Positions 47,565 to 57,669 of a DNA stretch of 62,946 nucleotides are shown here, piece after piece. The notes beneath the pieces were generated by a model. The model was given only the letters and a program-made list of their open reading frames with translations. It made no database searches and was not told the origin of the DNA. Made by a program: the position numbers and the translations under genes. Each line of letters begins with the position of its first letter. Position 1 is the first letter of the stretch. Source of the DNA: Methanobacteriota archaeon. GTDB lineage: Archaea; Thermoplasmatota; Thermoplasmata; RBG-16-68-12. The stretch is taken from assembly GCA_005878615.1 (NCBI GenBank), contig VBLT01000120.1:1-62946 (forward strand), written 5' to 3'.

Positions 47565-50500
47565 ATGATCAAGCAGGCGGAGAAGACGTACGCTCCCCTA
47601 GAGGTGGAGCGCCAGGTCCAGGAATTTTGGAACCGCGCGAAGGTCTACGCGAAGACCGTCGCGGCGCGTTCGAAGGGGGAAGACTTCTACTTCGGCGACG
47701 GCCCGCCCTATACGACCGGGTCAATCCACCTGGGCAATGTCCTGAACAAGTCCCTGAAAGACGCCGTCATCCGCTTTCGCCGGATGCGTGGCTTCCACGT
47801 CCGAGACCAGCCCGGGTACGACATGCATGGCCTCCCGATCGAGGTCCAGGTCGAGAAGACCCTGGGGATCACGAACAAGAAGGAGATCGAGGACTTGGGG
47901 ATCGAGAAATTCGTCTCGACCTGTCGCAAGTTCGCCCTCGATTTGCTGAACAAGATGACGGACCAGTTCCGGGCCCTCGGGATCTGGATGGACTGGGACC
48001 GGCCGTACATGACGATCCGGAACGAATTCATCGAGGCGGCGTGGTGGACCCTCGGCCGCGCGCACGAACGCGGTCTGCTCTACGAGGCCCTCCGCTCGAC
48101 CCAGTGGTGCTCCCGCGACGAAACCGCCCTGGCCGACGCGGAGATCGAGTACTCGGATGAGACGGATCCCTCCATCTACGTCAAGTTCCCGCTCCGGGAC
48201 CGACCCGCCGAATCGCTCCTGATCTGGACGACGACTCCCTGGACCCTCCCAGCGAATCTGGCAATCGCGGTCCACCCGCAGTTCGTCTACTCGAAGGTGA
48301 AGGTGGTCCGCGGAGAGTCCGTGGAATTTCTGTGGACGATGGAGGCGACGGTTCCCGCCGTCATGGCCCGCGGCGGGGTGACCGCCTACGAGGTCACCGA
48401 GACGACGACCGGCGACAAGCTGGTCGGCCTGGCCTATGCGCACCCCCTCGCGGACAAGGTCCCCTATCAGGCGACCGCGACGGGGGAATGGGTCCATCGC
48501 GTGGTCTCCTCGACCACCGTCGAGGCGGAGCACACGGGCCTCGTCCACAGCGCACCGGGTCACGGTCCGGAAGATTTCGAACTCGGGCAGACCCTCGGGT
48601 TGCCGGTCTTCAGTCCGGTCGACGGACGGGGCCATTTCACGAAGGAGGCGGGCGTGTACGCCGACAAGCCGGTCAAAGAGGCGGACGCGGTGATCATCGA
48701 GGACCTCCGCGCCGCGAACGCTCTCTTCGCCGCGGAGACGCTGGTCCATGCCTACGGTCACTGCTGGCGCTGCAAGACGCCGATCCTCTACCGCGCGACG
48801 GTCCAGTGGTTCCTGCGGGTCACGCCGATCAAAGCGAAAATGGTCGACGAGGTTCGCCGGGTCGCGTGGTATCCAGAATGGGCGGGCGCGGCCCGTCAGA
48901 TGGACTGGACCCAGAACCTGCGGGATTGGTGCCTCTCCCGCCAGCGGTACTGGGGCATCCCGCTCCCGATCTGGCGGTGCACGAAGTGCGGCCACTGGAT
49001 CGTCGTGGGCTCCTCGGACGCGTTGCGGAAGGCGCAGGGATACGCGGACGGCATGGACCTCCACCGGCCGGGGATCGACCAGGTCGTCCTGCCGTGTCCG
49101 AAGTGCCGCGAGGAGATGCGGCGGGTCCCCGACATCCTCGACGTGTGGTGGGACAGCGGAGTGGCCAGTTGGGCGAGCCTCGGATATCCCGCGCGGGACG
49201 ACGAGTTCCGCCGGTGGTGGCCGGAGGACTGGATCGTCGAAGGTCCCGACCAGACCCGGGGTTGGTTCAACTCGCAGCTCGCCGCCGGCGTGGTCGCCTT
49301 CGACCGAGCGCCGTACGACAGCGTCCTCATGCACGGGTGGGTGAACGGGCCCGACGGCCGGCAGATGCACAAATCCCTCGGCAACATCATCGAGCCGGAG
49401 ACGGTCGTCCGCAAGTTCGGCGTCGACGCGCTCCGCTTCTACATGCTCTCCGTCAACGCACCGTGGGACGACATCACCTTTCAGGAAGACGGGGTTCGCA
49501 ACGCCAACCGCACCCTGAACATCCTGTGGAACGTCCTGCGCTTTGCGACGACCTACATGGTCCTCGATCGATTCGATCCGACGGCGCCGGACTTCGCCTC
49601 GATCTCTGGCCATCTGCGACCCGAGGATCGGTGGCTCCTCTCCCGGCTCGAAGGCCTCAAGGCGACCGTGAATGCGGAGTTTGCGACGTACAATCTGCAT
49701 CGGGCCTTTCGGGCGGTCGAGTCCTTCATCCTCGATGACCTCTCGCGCTGGTATGTGAAACTCGTCCGGGGCCGGACCTGGACGGAAGCCGAGGATCGCG
49801 ACAAGCTCGCGGCGTACCATGTGTTGTTCGAGGCGTTGCGCACCGTCGCGGTCCTGCTCGCGCCGGTCACGCCGTTCGTCGCCGAAGCGATCTATCAGCG
49901 ACTGGATGGGAAGAAGCTCAGCGTGCACATGCTCGATTGGCCCTCCGCCCAGGAGGAGCGACTCCAGCCGGACCTCGAGCGGTCCATGTCGATCGTCCAG
50001 GAACTCGTCGAGATCGTCTCGAAGGAGCGGCAGAAGGGAGGGCGCAAGCTCCGGTGGCCGTTGAAGCTGATCGCGGTCCAGGCGCCGACGCCGGAGGCGG
50101 CCAAGGCCCTCGAGACGTTGCGGGGCATCTTCCTCGAACAGGCGAACGCGAAAGCGCTTGCGGTCCTCAAAGCGAACGAGGAATTCCCTGGGATGGCCCT
50201 CGTGGTGAAGCCGGACGGAGCGGCGATCGGGAAGGCCTATCGGGTCCTCCAGCCGAAGATCGTGAAGCTCCTCGAGGGTCGCCCGCCCGAGGAAATCAAG
50301 AAGGCGCTCGACAAGGGCCGACTCGAAGTCGGCGTCGAAGGCCAGGTCGTCGCGATCGACCCGTCGATGGTCCGATTTGAGAAGGCGATGCCTTCCGAGG
50401 TCGTCCGGGTGCCCACGCCGTACGGCGAGCTCTACCTCGACCTGCGCGTGACGCCGGAGCTCCGTGCCGAGGCCTACGCGCGCGAGTTGATCCGCCGGAT

Positions 50501-51719
50501 CCAACAGATGCGGAAAGAGATCGATCTGGACGTAGATGACTTCCTGATCACGGTCATCAAGACGAACAAGGAATTGGCGGCGTTGATCGGGGGACAGAGG
50601 GATTTCATTGGTCGGGAGACCCGCTCGCGTCGGATCACGTTCACGGACGGAGCGGTCGAGGCCGAGTACGTCGTGGAATGGAACGACGTCGACGGACATT
50701 CGGTGACGATCGGCGTCACACCGCTCCACATGTCCGAGGCCCTCCGCGACTTCACGAAGATCCCGGGCATCACGGTCGCGAAGGCGATGGGCCTGTTCGA
50801 TGCGGGCTACAAGAGCCTCGCGGCGTTGCGCGCGGCGACGAAACAAGAGCTCGCGCAGATCGAGGGCCTCCAAGTCGCGGATGCGGTTCGGATCTTGGAC
50901 GCGCTCGCGGCGAAGAGGGACACATCGATCCCATGCCCCACGTGCGGGGCGGCCATCGCCCCATCGACCCGCCGATGCGCGCGGTGCGGCGAACCCGTCG
51001 CAACGAAGGGGACCCCTTGCCCCAGGTGTCGCGCGGAGATCCCTCCGGGCGCGGACAACTGCCCGGTCTGCGGCTTCGTCTTGTCCACGTCGGCGACGGC
51101 CCCGCCGTCGCGCGTCGCATGCATCGCCTGCGGCGAGCTCATTCCCGCGGGCTCGACCGAGTGCCCGTCCTGTGGCGCTCCCCAAACCCGGGCCCCCGCG
51201 TCGAATCGTGCGGCCTCGGAGGACGACGCTCCGCCCCTCTTGAAAGATTCCTCCTCCTATCTCGTCGAGGAATCGGTCCCGGACGGGGCCTATCGGCTCT
51301 TCGAGATCGCCCAGAGGGCGGGGAAAGGCGGGATGGTCATCACGCGGACGTTCCCGCAGAAAGTCCGGGAGCGACTGAGCGGTCCCCCCTTCCCGATCCT
51401 GTGGCTCAGCAATGTCGGGAAGGAAGACACCGTCCGACCGAAAGACCTGGAGAAACTGTCCCTCGCCGTCGAGCAGTTCCTCGCTCGGGAGAAGGGCGTC
51501 ATCCTCCTCGACGCGATTGAATACCTGGTGACGAACAACAATTTCATCACGGTCCTGCGGCTCGTGCAATCGATCCGCGACCAGGTCGCGATCAACAGTG
51601 GGGTGTTCCTCCTCTCCGTGAACCCGTCGGCCCTCGATCCGCACCAGCTGACCTTGCTCGAGAAGGAGGTCGACCGGGTCATCCCCGGGTCGTCCGGCGC
51701 GCGGACCGCGTCGGGCTAG
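47565..51719 (+). CDS. ileS: Isoleucine-tRNA ligase with C-terminal HhH, zinc-ribbon and DUF835-like extension
   Basis: DGPPYTTGSIHLG, WTTTPWTLP.N, DWCLSRQRYWG, EGPDQTRGWF, QMHKSLGN. Confidence 0.95.
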   Translation: MIKQAEKTYAPLEVERQVQEFWNRAKVYAKTVAARSKGEDFYFGDGPPYTTGSIHLGNVLNKSLKDAVIRFRRMRGFHVRDQPGYDMHGLPIEVQVEKTLGITNKKEIEDLGIEKFVSTCRKFALDLLNKMTDQFRALGIWMDWDRPYMTIRNEFIEAAWWTLGRAHERGLLYEALRSTQWCSRDETALADAEIEYSDETDPSIYVKFPLRDRPAESLLIWTTTPWTLPANLAIAVHPQFVYSKVKVVRGESVEFLWTMEATVPAVMARGGVTAYEVTETTTGDKLVGLAYAHPLADKVPYQATATGEWVHRVVSSTTVEAEHTGLVHSAPGHGPEDFELGQTLGLPVFSPVDGRGHFTKEAGVYADKPVKEADAVIIEDLRAANALFAAETLVHAYGHCWRCKTPILYRATVQWFLRVTPIKAKMVDEVRRVAWYPEWAGAARQMDWTQNLRDWCLSRQRYWGIPLPIWRCTKCGHWIVVGSSDALRKAQGYADGMDLHRPGIDQVVLPCPKCREEMRRVPDILDVWWDSGVASWASLGYPARDDEFRRWWPEDWIVEGPDQTRGWFNSQLAAGVVAFDRAPYDSVLMHGWVNGPDGRQMHKSLGNIIEPETVVRKFGVDALRFYMLSVNAPWDDITFQEDGVRNANRTLNILWNVLRFATTYMVLDRFDPTAPDFASISGHLRPEDRWLLSRLEGLKATVNAEFATYNLHRAFRAVESFILDDLSRWYVKLVRGRTWTEAEDRDKLAAYHVLFEALRTVAVLLAPVTPFVAEAIYQRLDGKKLSVHMLDWPSAQEERLQPDLERSMSIVQELVEIVSKERQKGGRKLRWPLKLIAVQAPTPEAAKALETLRGIFLEQANAKALAVLKANEEFPGMALVVKPDGAAIGKAYRVLQPKIVKLLEGRPPEEIKKALDKGRLEVGVEGQVVAIDPSMVRFEKAMPSEVVRVPTPYGELYLDLRVTPELRAEAYARELIRRIQQMRKEIDLDVDDFLITVIKTNKELAALIGGQRDFIGRETRSRRITFTDGAVEAEYVVEWNDVDGHSVTIGVTPLHMSEALRDFTKIPGITVAKAMGLFDAGYKSLAALRAATKQELAQIEGLQVADAVRILDALAAKRDTSIPCPTCGAAIAPSTRRCARCGEPVATKGTPCPRCRAEIPPGADNCPVCGFVLSTSATAPPSRVACIACGELIPAGSTECPSCGAPQTRAPASNRAASEDDAPPLLKDSSSYLVEESVPDGAYRLFEIAQRAGKGGMVITRTFPQKVRERLSGPPFPILWLSNVGKEDTVRPKDLEKLSLAVEQFLAREKGVILLDAIEYLVTNNNFITVLRLVQSIRDQVAINSGVFLLSVNPSALDPHQLTLLEKEVDRVIPGSSGARTASG

Positions 51720-52513
51720 GATTCCCGGTCCTTGCGGAGCACCGCCGCGACGACTTCGGGAAGTCGCGGGACCGTTTCGTAGCGACTGATCTCCTCCGGC
51801 CGAATCCAGCGGTACTCGACGTTCTCCCAATCGAGGCGCACGCGGCGGCTCGGTGCGTCGAAGAGGAGGGGGTGGACGACGAACATCGTGGCGCCGTCGC
51901 GGGCAAGGATTGGGGCCGCGTTCGCACGAAACCGGATCCCTCGAAGACCGGTCTCCTCTCGCACCTCTCGGATCGCGCGGGATTTCGGATCCTCGCGGCC
52001 TTCCATGTACCCCGAGATGGCCGACCACTGACCTCGGAACGTGCCGACCGCTGCACTTCGCCGCACGAGGAGGATCCGGCCGCGGTTGCGCAGGACGACC
52101 GAGACGACGGATCGTCCGCGGACGCCCGCGAGCTCGACGGTCCCACGGTCCCCGTCGATGCGGACCGTGTCGTCGTTCTCCAGGCCACCCACGTCGATCC
52201 CATCGACCATGGGAATCCCGGCGAGGATCGCGCCGACCGCGACGATTCCCTCGGCCGCGGAGTTGACAATGCCCGCCGGGCCGACGCCCCTTTTTGCGAG
52301 GCCGTAGATCACGTAGGAGCCGACCGTGCTCCCCTTGCCGTGCGGGAATGCGAAGATCCGCCCGCCGAGGCGTTCGTTCGCGGCGCCCGTCGCGGCGTCG
52401 AGGACGGCGCCCGTGGCCGGATCCGCGCCGCCGACGAACGAGAAAGGGACGCGAATCACCAACGCGGTCCCTTCCGTCCGGCCCGGTGCAATCCCGCGTC
52501 CGCGGAGCTTCAT
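51716..52513 (-). CDS. Aconitase X swiveling subunit (DUF126; phosphomevalonate dehydratase small subunit-like) fused to Nudix
   Basis: FSFVGG.DP.TG, FPHGKGSTVGSY, then SGYMEG...AIREVREETGL. Confidence 0.88.
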   Translation of the reverse strand: MKLRGRGIAPGRTEGTALVIRVPFSFVGGADPATGAVLDAATGAANERLGGRIFAFPHGKGSTVGSYVIYGLAKRGVGPAGIVNSAAEGIVAVGAILAGIPMVDGIDVGGLENDDTVRIDGDRGTVELAGVRGRSVVSVVLRNRGRILLVRRSAAVGTFRGQWSAISGYMEGREDPKSRAIREVREETGLRGIRFRANAAPILARDGATMFVVHPLLFDAPSRRVRLDWENVEYRWIRPEEISRYETVPRLPEVVAAVLRKDRES

Positions 52514-53574
52514 CCGTACCGCTCCAAGAGGGCATCGAGCTCGTCGAGGATGACCTTCTGTTTGCACAAGGTCGGCAGGTAGTACGCGGCCTTTCCCGAA
52601 GGCGTCGCGACCGTCCCGAATTGATGCTCGAGCAGTGTGACCTCGAGGCACGTATCCGCGAGGACGCGGCCACCGTGGCTCTCGATCGCCGCGACCGGCT
52701 CCGGGTTCTCGTCCCGGACGGCGCGACTCGTGAAGACCCAGACCGGGATCCGGGGAGGCTTCCGTCGCACGCGGTCCGCGACGCCCCACAGTTCCTGCCC
52801 AGAGAGTTGGGGCGAGCCGAGCGCGATCACGTCCGGCTTCGTCCCGTCCGTGAAGGACCTCTGGGCCTCGACCAGATCGCGCCGGGAGATCGTGATGGAG
52901 GGCAGGCCTGCGGTGCGGGCCCGCCGCGCCTCGGGGGTGACGTCTTCGAGGTGGAACATGGCACAGGCGCCCGTCGAGGCGAGCGACGCCCCGAGCCATT
53001 TCAGGTCCTCCTCGGACCCGTGGAATCCGCGGAAGAACGGGAGGCCATCGCCCACGCGCTGGCCCGCAACCAGACCGATGAGGGAGAAGTCGAGGCCGTG
53101 TGGTTTGGTGGTCACGTTCACGCGGACGGTCGGCCGTCGGCCTTCGTCCTTGTGGAGGCCGTGGTCTGGCGTCGCGCCGACGATCGCGGCGGCCAGGGCC
53201 GAAGGGCCTCCCTCGCGGTTCGTCCGTGCCCCGAGGACGGAGTTGGCGAAGCACACGGCGTTCGATTCGGCCCAGGCGACGTGCTCTCCGAACGCGGGCC
53301 GCGCTCCAACGAGGTACGGCGTGCATGTGAAACTCGGACGGACGCCCATCGATCCGTAGGCGCGGGCTCGGGCGTCGCGCGCGAAGTCCTCGAGGAACTC
53401 GAGGCCCGGATCGCCAATCATCTTGTACGAGGCGCCCGACACGTGCGCCGAAGTGACGGGGACGAGACGCTCCGCCTCCGAGAGATGGGAGAGGGCGAGC
53501 AGGATCTGCATCGCCTTGCGCTGCGCCGGCGTGCCGTCGTCCCGCAAGCGGCGCTGCTCGCGGGTGAGCCGCAT
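52510..53574 (-). CDS. Aconitase X catalytic subunit (DUF521; phosphomevalonate dehydratase large subunit-like), apparent internal deletion
   Basis: AHVSGASYK.IGD.G, TCTPY, WAESNAV..ANSVLGARTNREGG, DTC, T.SGKAAYY. Confidence 0.87.
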   Translation of the reverse strand: MRLTREQRRLRDDGTPAQRKAMQILLALSHLSEAERLVPVTSAHVSGASYKMIGDPGLEFLEDFARDARARAYGSMGVRPSFTCTPYLVGARPAFGEHVAWAESNAVCFANSVLGARTNREGGPSALAAAIVGATPDHGLHKDEGRRPTVRVNVTTKPHGLDFSLIGLVAGQRVGDGLPFFRGFHGSEEDLKWLGASLASTGACAMFHLEDVTPEARRARTAGLPSITISRRDLVEAQRSFTDGTKPDVIALGSPQLSGQELWGVADRVRRKPPRIPVWVFTSRAVRDENPEPVAAIESHGGRVLADTCLEVTLLEHQFGTVATPSGKAAYYLPTLCKQKVILDELDALLERYG

Positions 53575-54009
53575 TCACGCCGCCCCGGCCAGGATGGACT
53601 TGGCGACCCGTCGGGCTGACTCAGGCTTCGCCGGGTAGGCGACCAGTTTCACGCGGACATCGATCGTGTCGGAGTCCGTCGCGAGGGACCACCGTTCCTC
53701 GAAGGCCGCCTGCTTGTCGAGCCGAAAATGCAGGATGCCCTCCTCGTCCACGCGCGCGTCCGCCTCGGTCGCGAGGGCCTCGAGCAGGCCGGCGGCGGTC
53801 CACCGCTCCCAAGCCGTTCGGATCGACGGATTTTCCTCGAGCCGCCTGGTGAGCCGGACGAGCTCGTTCCCGAAGTGCCCCTGGAGCACCTCGCGGGCGG
53901 GGGTTCCTCCGGGCACCGCGAAGTCCAAAGCCCTTCCCACCCGGCCTTCGTCCTCCGTGGCATGGCGGTACGTCCGCGCTTCGATCCACCGAATCGGTAG
54001 CTTAGCCAT
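53575..54009 (-). CDS. Archaeal RNA-binding protein (COG1325-like)
   Basis: HATEDE.RV, GHFGN, FRLDKQAA, K..AYP. Confidence 0.8.
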   Translation of the reverse strand: MAKLPIRWIEARTYRHATEDEGRVGRALDFAVPGGTPAREVLQGHFGNELVRLTRRLEENPSIRTAWERWTAAGLLEALATEADARVDEEGILHFRLDKQAAFEERWSLATDSDTIDVRVKLVAYPAKPESARRVAKSILAGAA

Positions 54010-54538
54010 GGAGCCGCCCCAAGGCCGTCCGCGCTTGGCGTCGGAATTCCTCCAAGGTTCCTTCGTTGACGAGCATCACGTCGGCCGTCGCGATCACGTC
54101 GCCGAGCCCCCAGCTCAACTCCCGTAGATCGCGGGCGCGGAACGCCTCGATCGATCCGGCATCGTCGGTCCGGCGACGCCGCAGCATCCGCTCGTACCGG
54201 GTCCTCGGGGACGCGTGGACGGCGACGACGGACAGGTCATCACCGAACGAGTTCCTGAAAACTTCGAGTTCCGCCCGCCCGCGAAGTCCGTCGACCAACA
54301 CCCGCTCTCCAGAGATGCGGGGGAGGGTCCGTTCCGCCCAGACCCCCATCCCTTGGATCTGTCGCTCGGCGTGGGCCATCCCCCCGACGGTCGTATCGCT
54401 GATTGGGAGTCCGCGACGCAAGGCTTCCTCGCGGACGACGTCGCCCATTCGGACAACCGCGAAGCCCAACGTCTGTGCGACCGCCAGGGCCTCTTCCTTC
54501 CCGCAGCCCGGCATGCCGGTGAGGCAAACGACGCGCAC
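54002..54538 (-). CDS. P-loop nucleotide kinase (dephospho-CoA/adenylate kinase-like)
   Basis: VCLTGMPGCGK, MGDVVREE, VDGLRG, RDLREL.WG. Confidence 0.85.
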   Translation of the reverse strand: MRVVCLTGMPGCGKEEALAVAQTLGFAVVRMGDVVREEALRRGLPISDTTVGGMAHAERQIQGMGVWAERTLPRISGERVLVDGLRGRAELEVFRNSFGDDLSVVAVHASPRTRYERMLRRRRTDDAGSIEAFRARDLRELSWGLGDVIATADVMLVNEGTLEEFRRQARTALGRLHG

Positions 54539-54618
54539 GGGAGGCGAGGAATCGGAGAGTTCACTTAAGCGTTTCCCGCGACCTCGGGAGGATTCCGCTT
54601 CACGAGCAGAAGACCGTT

Positions 54619-54966
54619 CTAACTCGCATCGCGGAGGAGACTCAAGACCCAGAGGCCACCGGAGAAACCTGCCGACGCGAGCAGAACCGAGGCGACGAAG
54701 ACCCATTGTCTCCAACCAACCCCGCGTTGGGTGGCGGGGATCAACAGTAGTCCGAAAAGCCCGCAGACCATCGCCACTTCCGCGAAGGAACGGACCGTGC
54801 CGTAGATGAATTGGAGATCGAACAACGGTGAACTGGGAATTGTCTCGAGGATCGCAATCGATCCCGCGGCAGAGGCAATACTTGCCGTCGCGAGTTGGAT
54901 GAGCGAGACGTGGCGGGATGCGAGGTAAGCGAGATCCACCAACCCCGTATCGTTTGACTCCGACAA
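54619..54966 (-). CDS. Possible small membrane hypothetical protein
   Basis: Three hydrophobic segments in an AT-richer spacer; start uncertain. Confidence 0.35.
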   Translation of the reverse strand: MSESNDTGLVDLAYLASRHVSLIQLATASIASAAGSIAILETIPSSPLFDLQFIYGTVRSFAEVAMVCGLFGLLLIPATQRGVGWRQWVFVASVLLASAGFSGGLWVLSLLRDAS

Positions 54967-55098
54967 AGTGCTACCGTTTATGCCTTCGATAGGCACGGAA
55001 GGAGGCCCGTCCCATTGCAATGCAGTTCTCAGTTGCGGGAGTTCCGCGACCAAACATAGAAATACCCACCGGCTCGTAGGTCGCGAACGAGGCGGACC

Positions 55099-56118
55099 AT
55101 GCCCCTCGACCTGGACCTCAGCAAACTCCGATTCGGGACCGAACTGCTCAAGCGCGGCTTCGCGAAGATGCAGAAGGGCGGGGTCGTCATGGACGTCACG
55201 AACGCGGAGCAGGCCCTGATCGCCGAGGAAGCCGGCGCGGTCGCCGTCATGGCCCTCGAGCGCGTCCCGGCGGACATTCGAGCCGCGGGCGGGGTCGCGC
55301 GGATGGCCGATCCGGTCAAGATCCAGGAGATCATGGACGCGGTCACGGTCCCTGTGATGGCGAAGTGCCGGATCGGACATGAGGCCGAGGCGAGGGCGCT
55401 CGAGTCCCTCGGCGTGGACATGATCGACGAATCCGAGGTCCTCACCCCCGCAGATCCATTCTTCCACGTCAACAAGAGGGGATTCGAGGTCCCGTTCGTC
55501 TGCGGGGCGCGCAACCTCGGGGAGGCCGTGCGCCGCACCTGGGAAGGCGCCGCCATGATCCGGACGAAGGGCGAGGCCGGGACCGGGGACGTCGTCGAGG
55601 CGGTCCGCCACATCCGACTCGTCACCGCAGCGATCGCGGAACTGAAAGGCCTCGAAAACGACCGGCTCCTTGCGGTCGGGACGAAGTTCGCGGCCAGCTA
55701 CACCAAGCTCTTGGAGGAAGTCCGGACGGCGCAGGGCTCCGATCCGACCGTGCGGGAGGCGGACGTCGTGTTCGCGGGCGCCACCCTCGACGACATCACC
55801 GAGGGAATCTACCAGGTCCTCTTGGAAATCAAGAAGCTCCAGCGTCTCCCGATCGTCAACTTCGCAGCGGGAGGCGTGGCGACACCGGCCGATGCGGCCC
55901 TCATGATGCTCATGGGCTGCGATGGCGTCTTCGTCGGCTCCGGCATCTTCAAGGCGGAGAACCCGGAGACGCGGGGCCGCGCCATCGTGGACGCGGTCGC
56001 CCACTTCGATGATCCGTCGACCGTCGCGGAGGTCTCGAAAGGGATCGGGCTCGCGATGAAGGGCCTCGACGCTAAGGCCCTGCCGATCGAGGCGCGCCTC
56101 CAGGACCGCGGTTGGTGA
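55099..56118 (+). CDS. pdxS: Pyridoxal 5'-phosphate synthase lyase subunit (long archaeal form)
   Basis: [52 protein letters not shown]-terminus. Confidence 0.97.
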   Translation: MPLDLDLSKLRFGTELLKRGFAKMQKGGVVMDVTNAEQALIAEEAGAVAVMALERVPADIRAAGGVARMADPVKIQEIMDAVTVPVMAKCRIGHEAEARALESLGVDMIDESEVLTPADPFFHVNKRGFEVPFVCGARNLGEAVRRTWEGAAMIRTKGEAGTGDVVEAVRHIRLVTAAIAELKGLENDRLLAVGTKFAASYTKLLEEVRTAQGSDPTVREADVVFAGATLDDITEGIYQVLLEIKKLQRLPIVNFAAGGVATPADAALMMLMGCDGVFVGSGIFKAENPETRGRAIVDAVAHFDDPSTVAEVSKGIGLAMKGLDAKALPIEARLQDRGW

Positions 56119-57082
56119 GTTCCGCCAACAGCGCATCGAGGGCCTTCGTCACCCGGCTGCCATGGAGGGACGACACCGCGATGCCTTCCGTCCGCGGGCC
56201 TCCGAGGTCCGCTTTGTTTGCGAGGACGAGCAGGGGGACCGCGGGAAAGAGACTCCGGATCTCGGCGAGGAGCTTCCGTTGGTCGTCGAGCGGGTAGCCG
56301 CAGGTCTCCGTGGGATCGAGGAGGAAGAGGATTCCGTCCGCGACGTGGGAGAGCGCCGAGATCGCCTGGCGCTCCATCGCGTTCCTCTTCGCCATCGGTC
56401 GATCGAGGAGGCCCGGGGTGTCGAGGATCTGGAAACGCTCCACCCCCCGGTCGAAGTGACCGATCGAAACCCGTTTCGTGGTGAAGGGGTAGTCCGCGAT
56501 CTTCGGTCGACCGGAGGAGACCGCCCGGACAAAGGAACTCTTCCCCACGTTCGGATAGCCTGCGACCACGACCGTCCGCAGGGCGGGGTCGATCTCCGGG
56601 AGCCGTCGGAGGGCGCGACGGGCCTCGGTGAGCGCCTCGAGATCCGGCCCGACTTGTTCCACGAGCGACGAGAGTCTGCCGTACGCCTGCTTCCGCAGCT
56701 CCCCGATCGAGTGGCCTTCCGACTTGCCGATTCGGCGACGATAGTCGCGCGCCATGTTCGCCGTTCGGTCCGCCGCCCAGTCGATCGCGCCGAGGTGTTT
56801 CTTGAGCTGGTTCGCATCGACCAAGATGTCGACGAGCTCGCGGTAGAAGGGCGGCAGCCGGTCGAGGCTGGGGAAGCCCTTCACGATTCCCCGGAGGGTC
56901 GACTCGATCGTCTGCCCCGCGATACGGACGCGCGCCGCGGCGAGGTTGCGTGCCCGCGCGATCCGATCGGGTCCCGTCGCCGTGGCCTTGGCGGCCCGGC
57001 CGAAGGCCTTGTCGAGAAGGCCGGTCGCATCGAGGACCGACGGCAGTTCGAACACGGGGCGTCGGAACCGACCCCACACCAT
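56072..57082 (-). CDS. NOG1-family GTP-binding protein
   Basis: [45 protein letters not shown]. Confidence 0.92.
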   Translation of the reverse strand: MVWGRFRRPVFELPSVLDATGLLDKAFGRAAKATATGPDRIARARNLAAARVRIAGQTIESTLRGIVKGFPSLDRLPPFYRELVDILVDANQLKKHLGAIDWAADRTANMARDYRRRIGKSEGHSIGELRKQAYGRLSSLVEQVGPDLEALTEARRALRRLPEIDPALRTVVVAGYPNVGKSSFVRAVSSGRPKIADYPFTTKRVSIGHFDRGVERFQILDTPGLLDRPMAKRNAMERQAISALSHVADGILFLLDPTETCGYPLDDQRKLLAEIRSLFPAVPLLVLANKADLGGPRTEGIAVSSLHGSRVTKALDALLAELTNRGPGGAPRSAGP

Positions 57083-57096
57083 AAGGGTGTGGGCCG

Positions 57097-57615
57097 TCAA
57101 GCGGGGAAGAATTCGCGCGCGACGAACCAGATCGCTCCAAGGATCGCCACGCGATTCAGGGCCGCGAGGAAATTCGCGATCAGGAACATGTTCCGCTCCA
57201 GGGCCTTCCCTTCCTGGTTGAAGACGGAGTACACGTAGATCGGGATCGTGTCGCTCATGAGAGGGATGCTCAAGAGGAGGTACAGCCCCGCGTATCCGGT
57301 CTTCTGGACCAGCGTCTCGGCCTTTCGGACGGTCCAGTCGGCGACCCGCCAGCGGGCCGACCACTTCCGAATCGATCCTTCGATGTTCAGGCCGAAGATG
57401 AAGATGAGCCACGCGCCGAACGTCTTGCCCGCGGCGATGGCCAACCCCGTTCCGAGGAGGAATCCGAAGTTCTGGTCGGCGAGCGGTTTTACGAGGGCGA
57501 TCTCGATCGGGATCGGGAGGATGATCGCGACCAGGATCGCATAGCCGAAGGCCAGGAGCATGTAGATCCAGGGGGTATTGTACGAATCGAGCAGGATCTG
57601 GAGGAGGTCGACCAC
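57097..57615 (-). CDS. DedA/VTT-like membrane protein
   Basis: ILPIPIE, GKTFGAW, LLSIPLMSDT. Confidence 0.65.
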   Translation of the reverse strand: MVDLLQILLDSYNTPWIYMLLAFGYAILVAIILPIPIEIALVKPLADQNFGFLLGTGLAIAAGKTFGAWLIFIFGLNIEGSIRKWSARWRVADWTVRKAETLVQKTGYAGLYLLLSIPLMSDTIPIYVYSVFNQEGKALERNMFLIANFLAALNRVAILGAIWFVAREFFPA

Positions 57616-57669
57616 GGCGCTCGGCGTCGTATCGGACCGGGGCTCTAAAAACCGCCGCCGTGAGTCCGT

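Noticed and set aside
47721..52673. 1650-aa minus-strand ORF and other long antisense or alternate-frame ORFs (e.g. 8388-10766, 43644-46244, 23833-25848)
   Set aside because: Shadow ORFs of high-GC genes; Arg/Pro-rich with no motifs
55640..55820. Insertion of about 40 aa in PdxS and no adjacent pdxT
   Set aside because: Long-form PdxS is known in several archaeal groups; no intein motifs; pdxT may lie elsewhere
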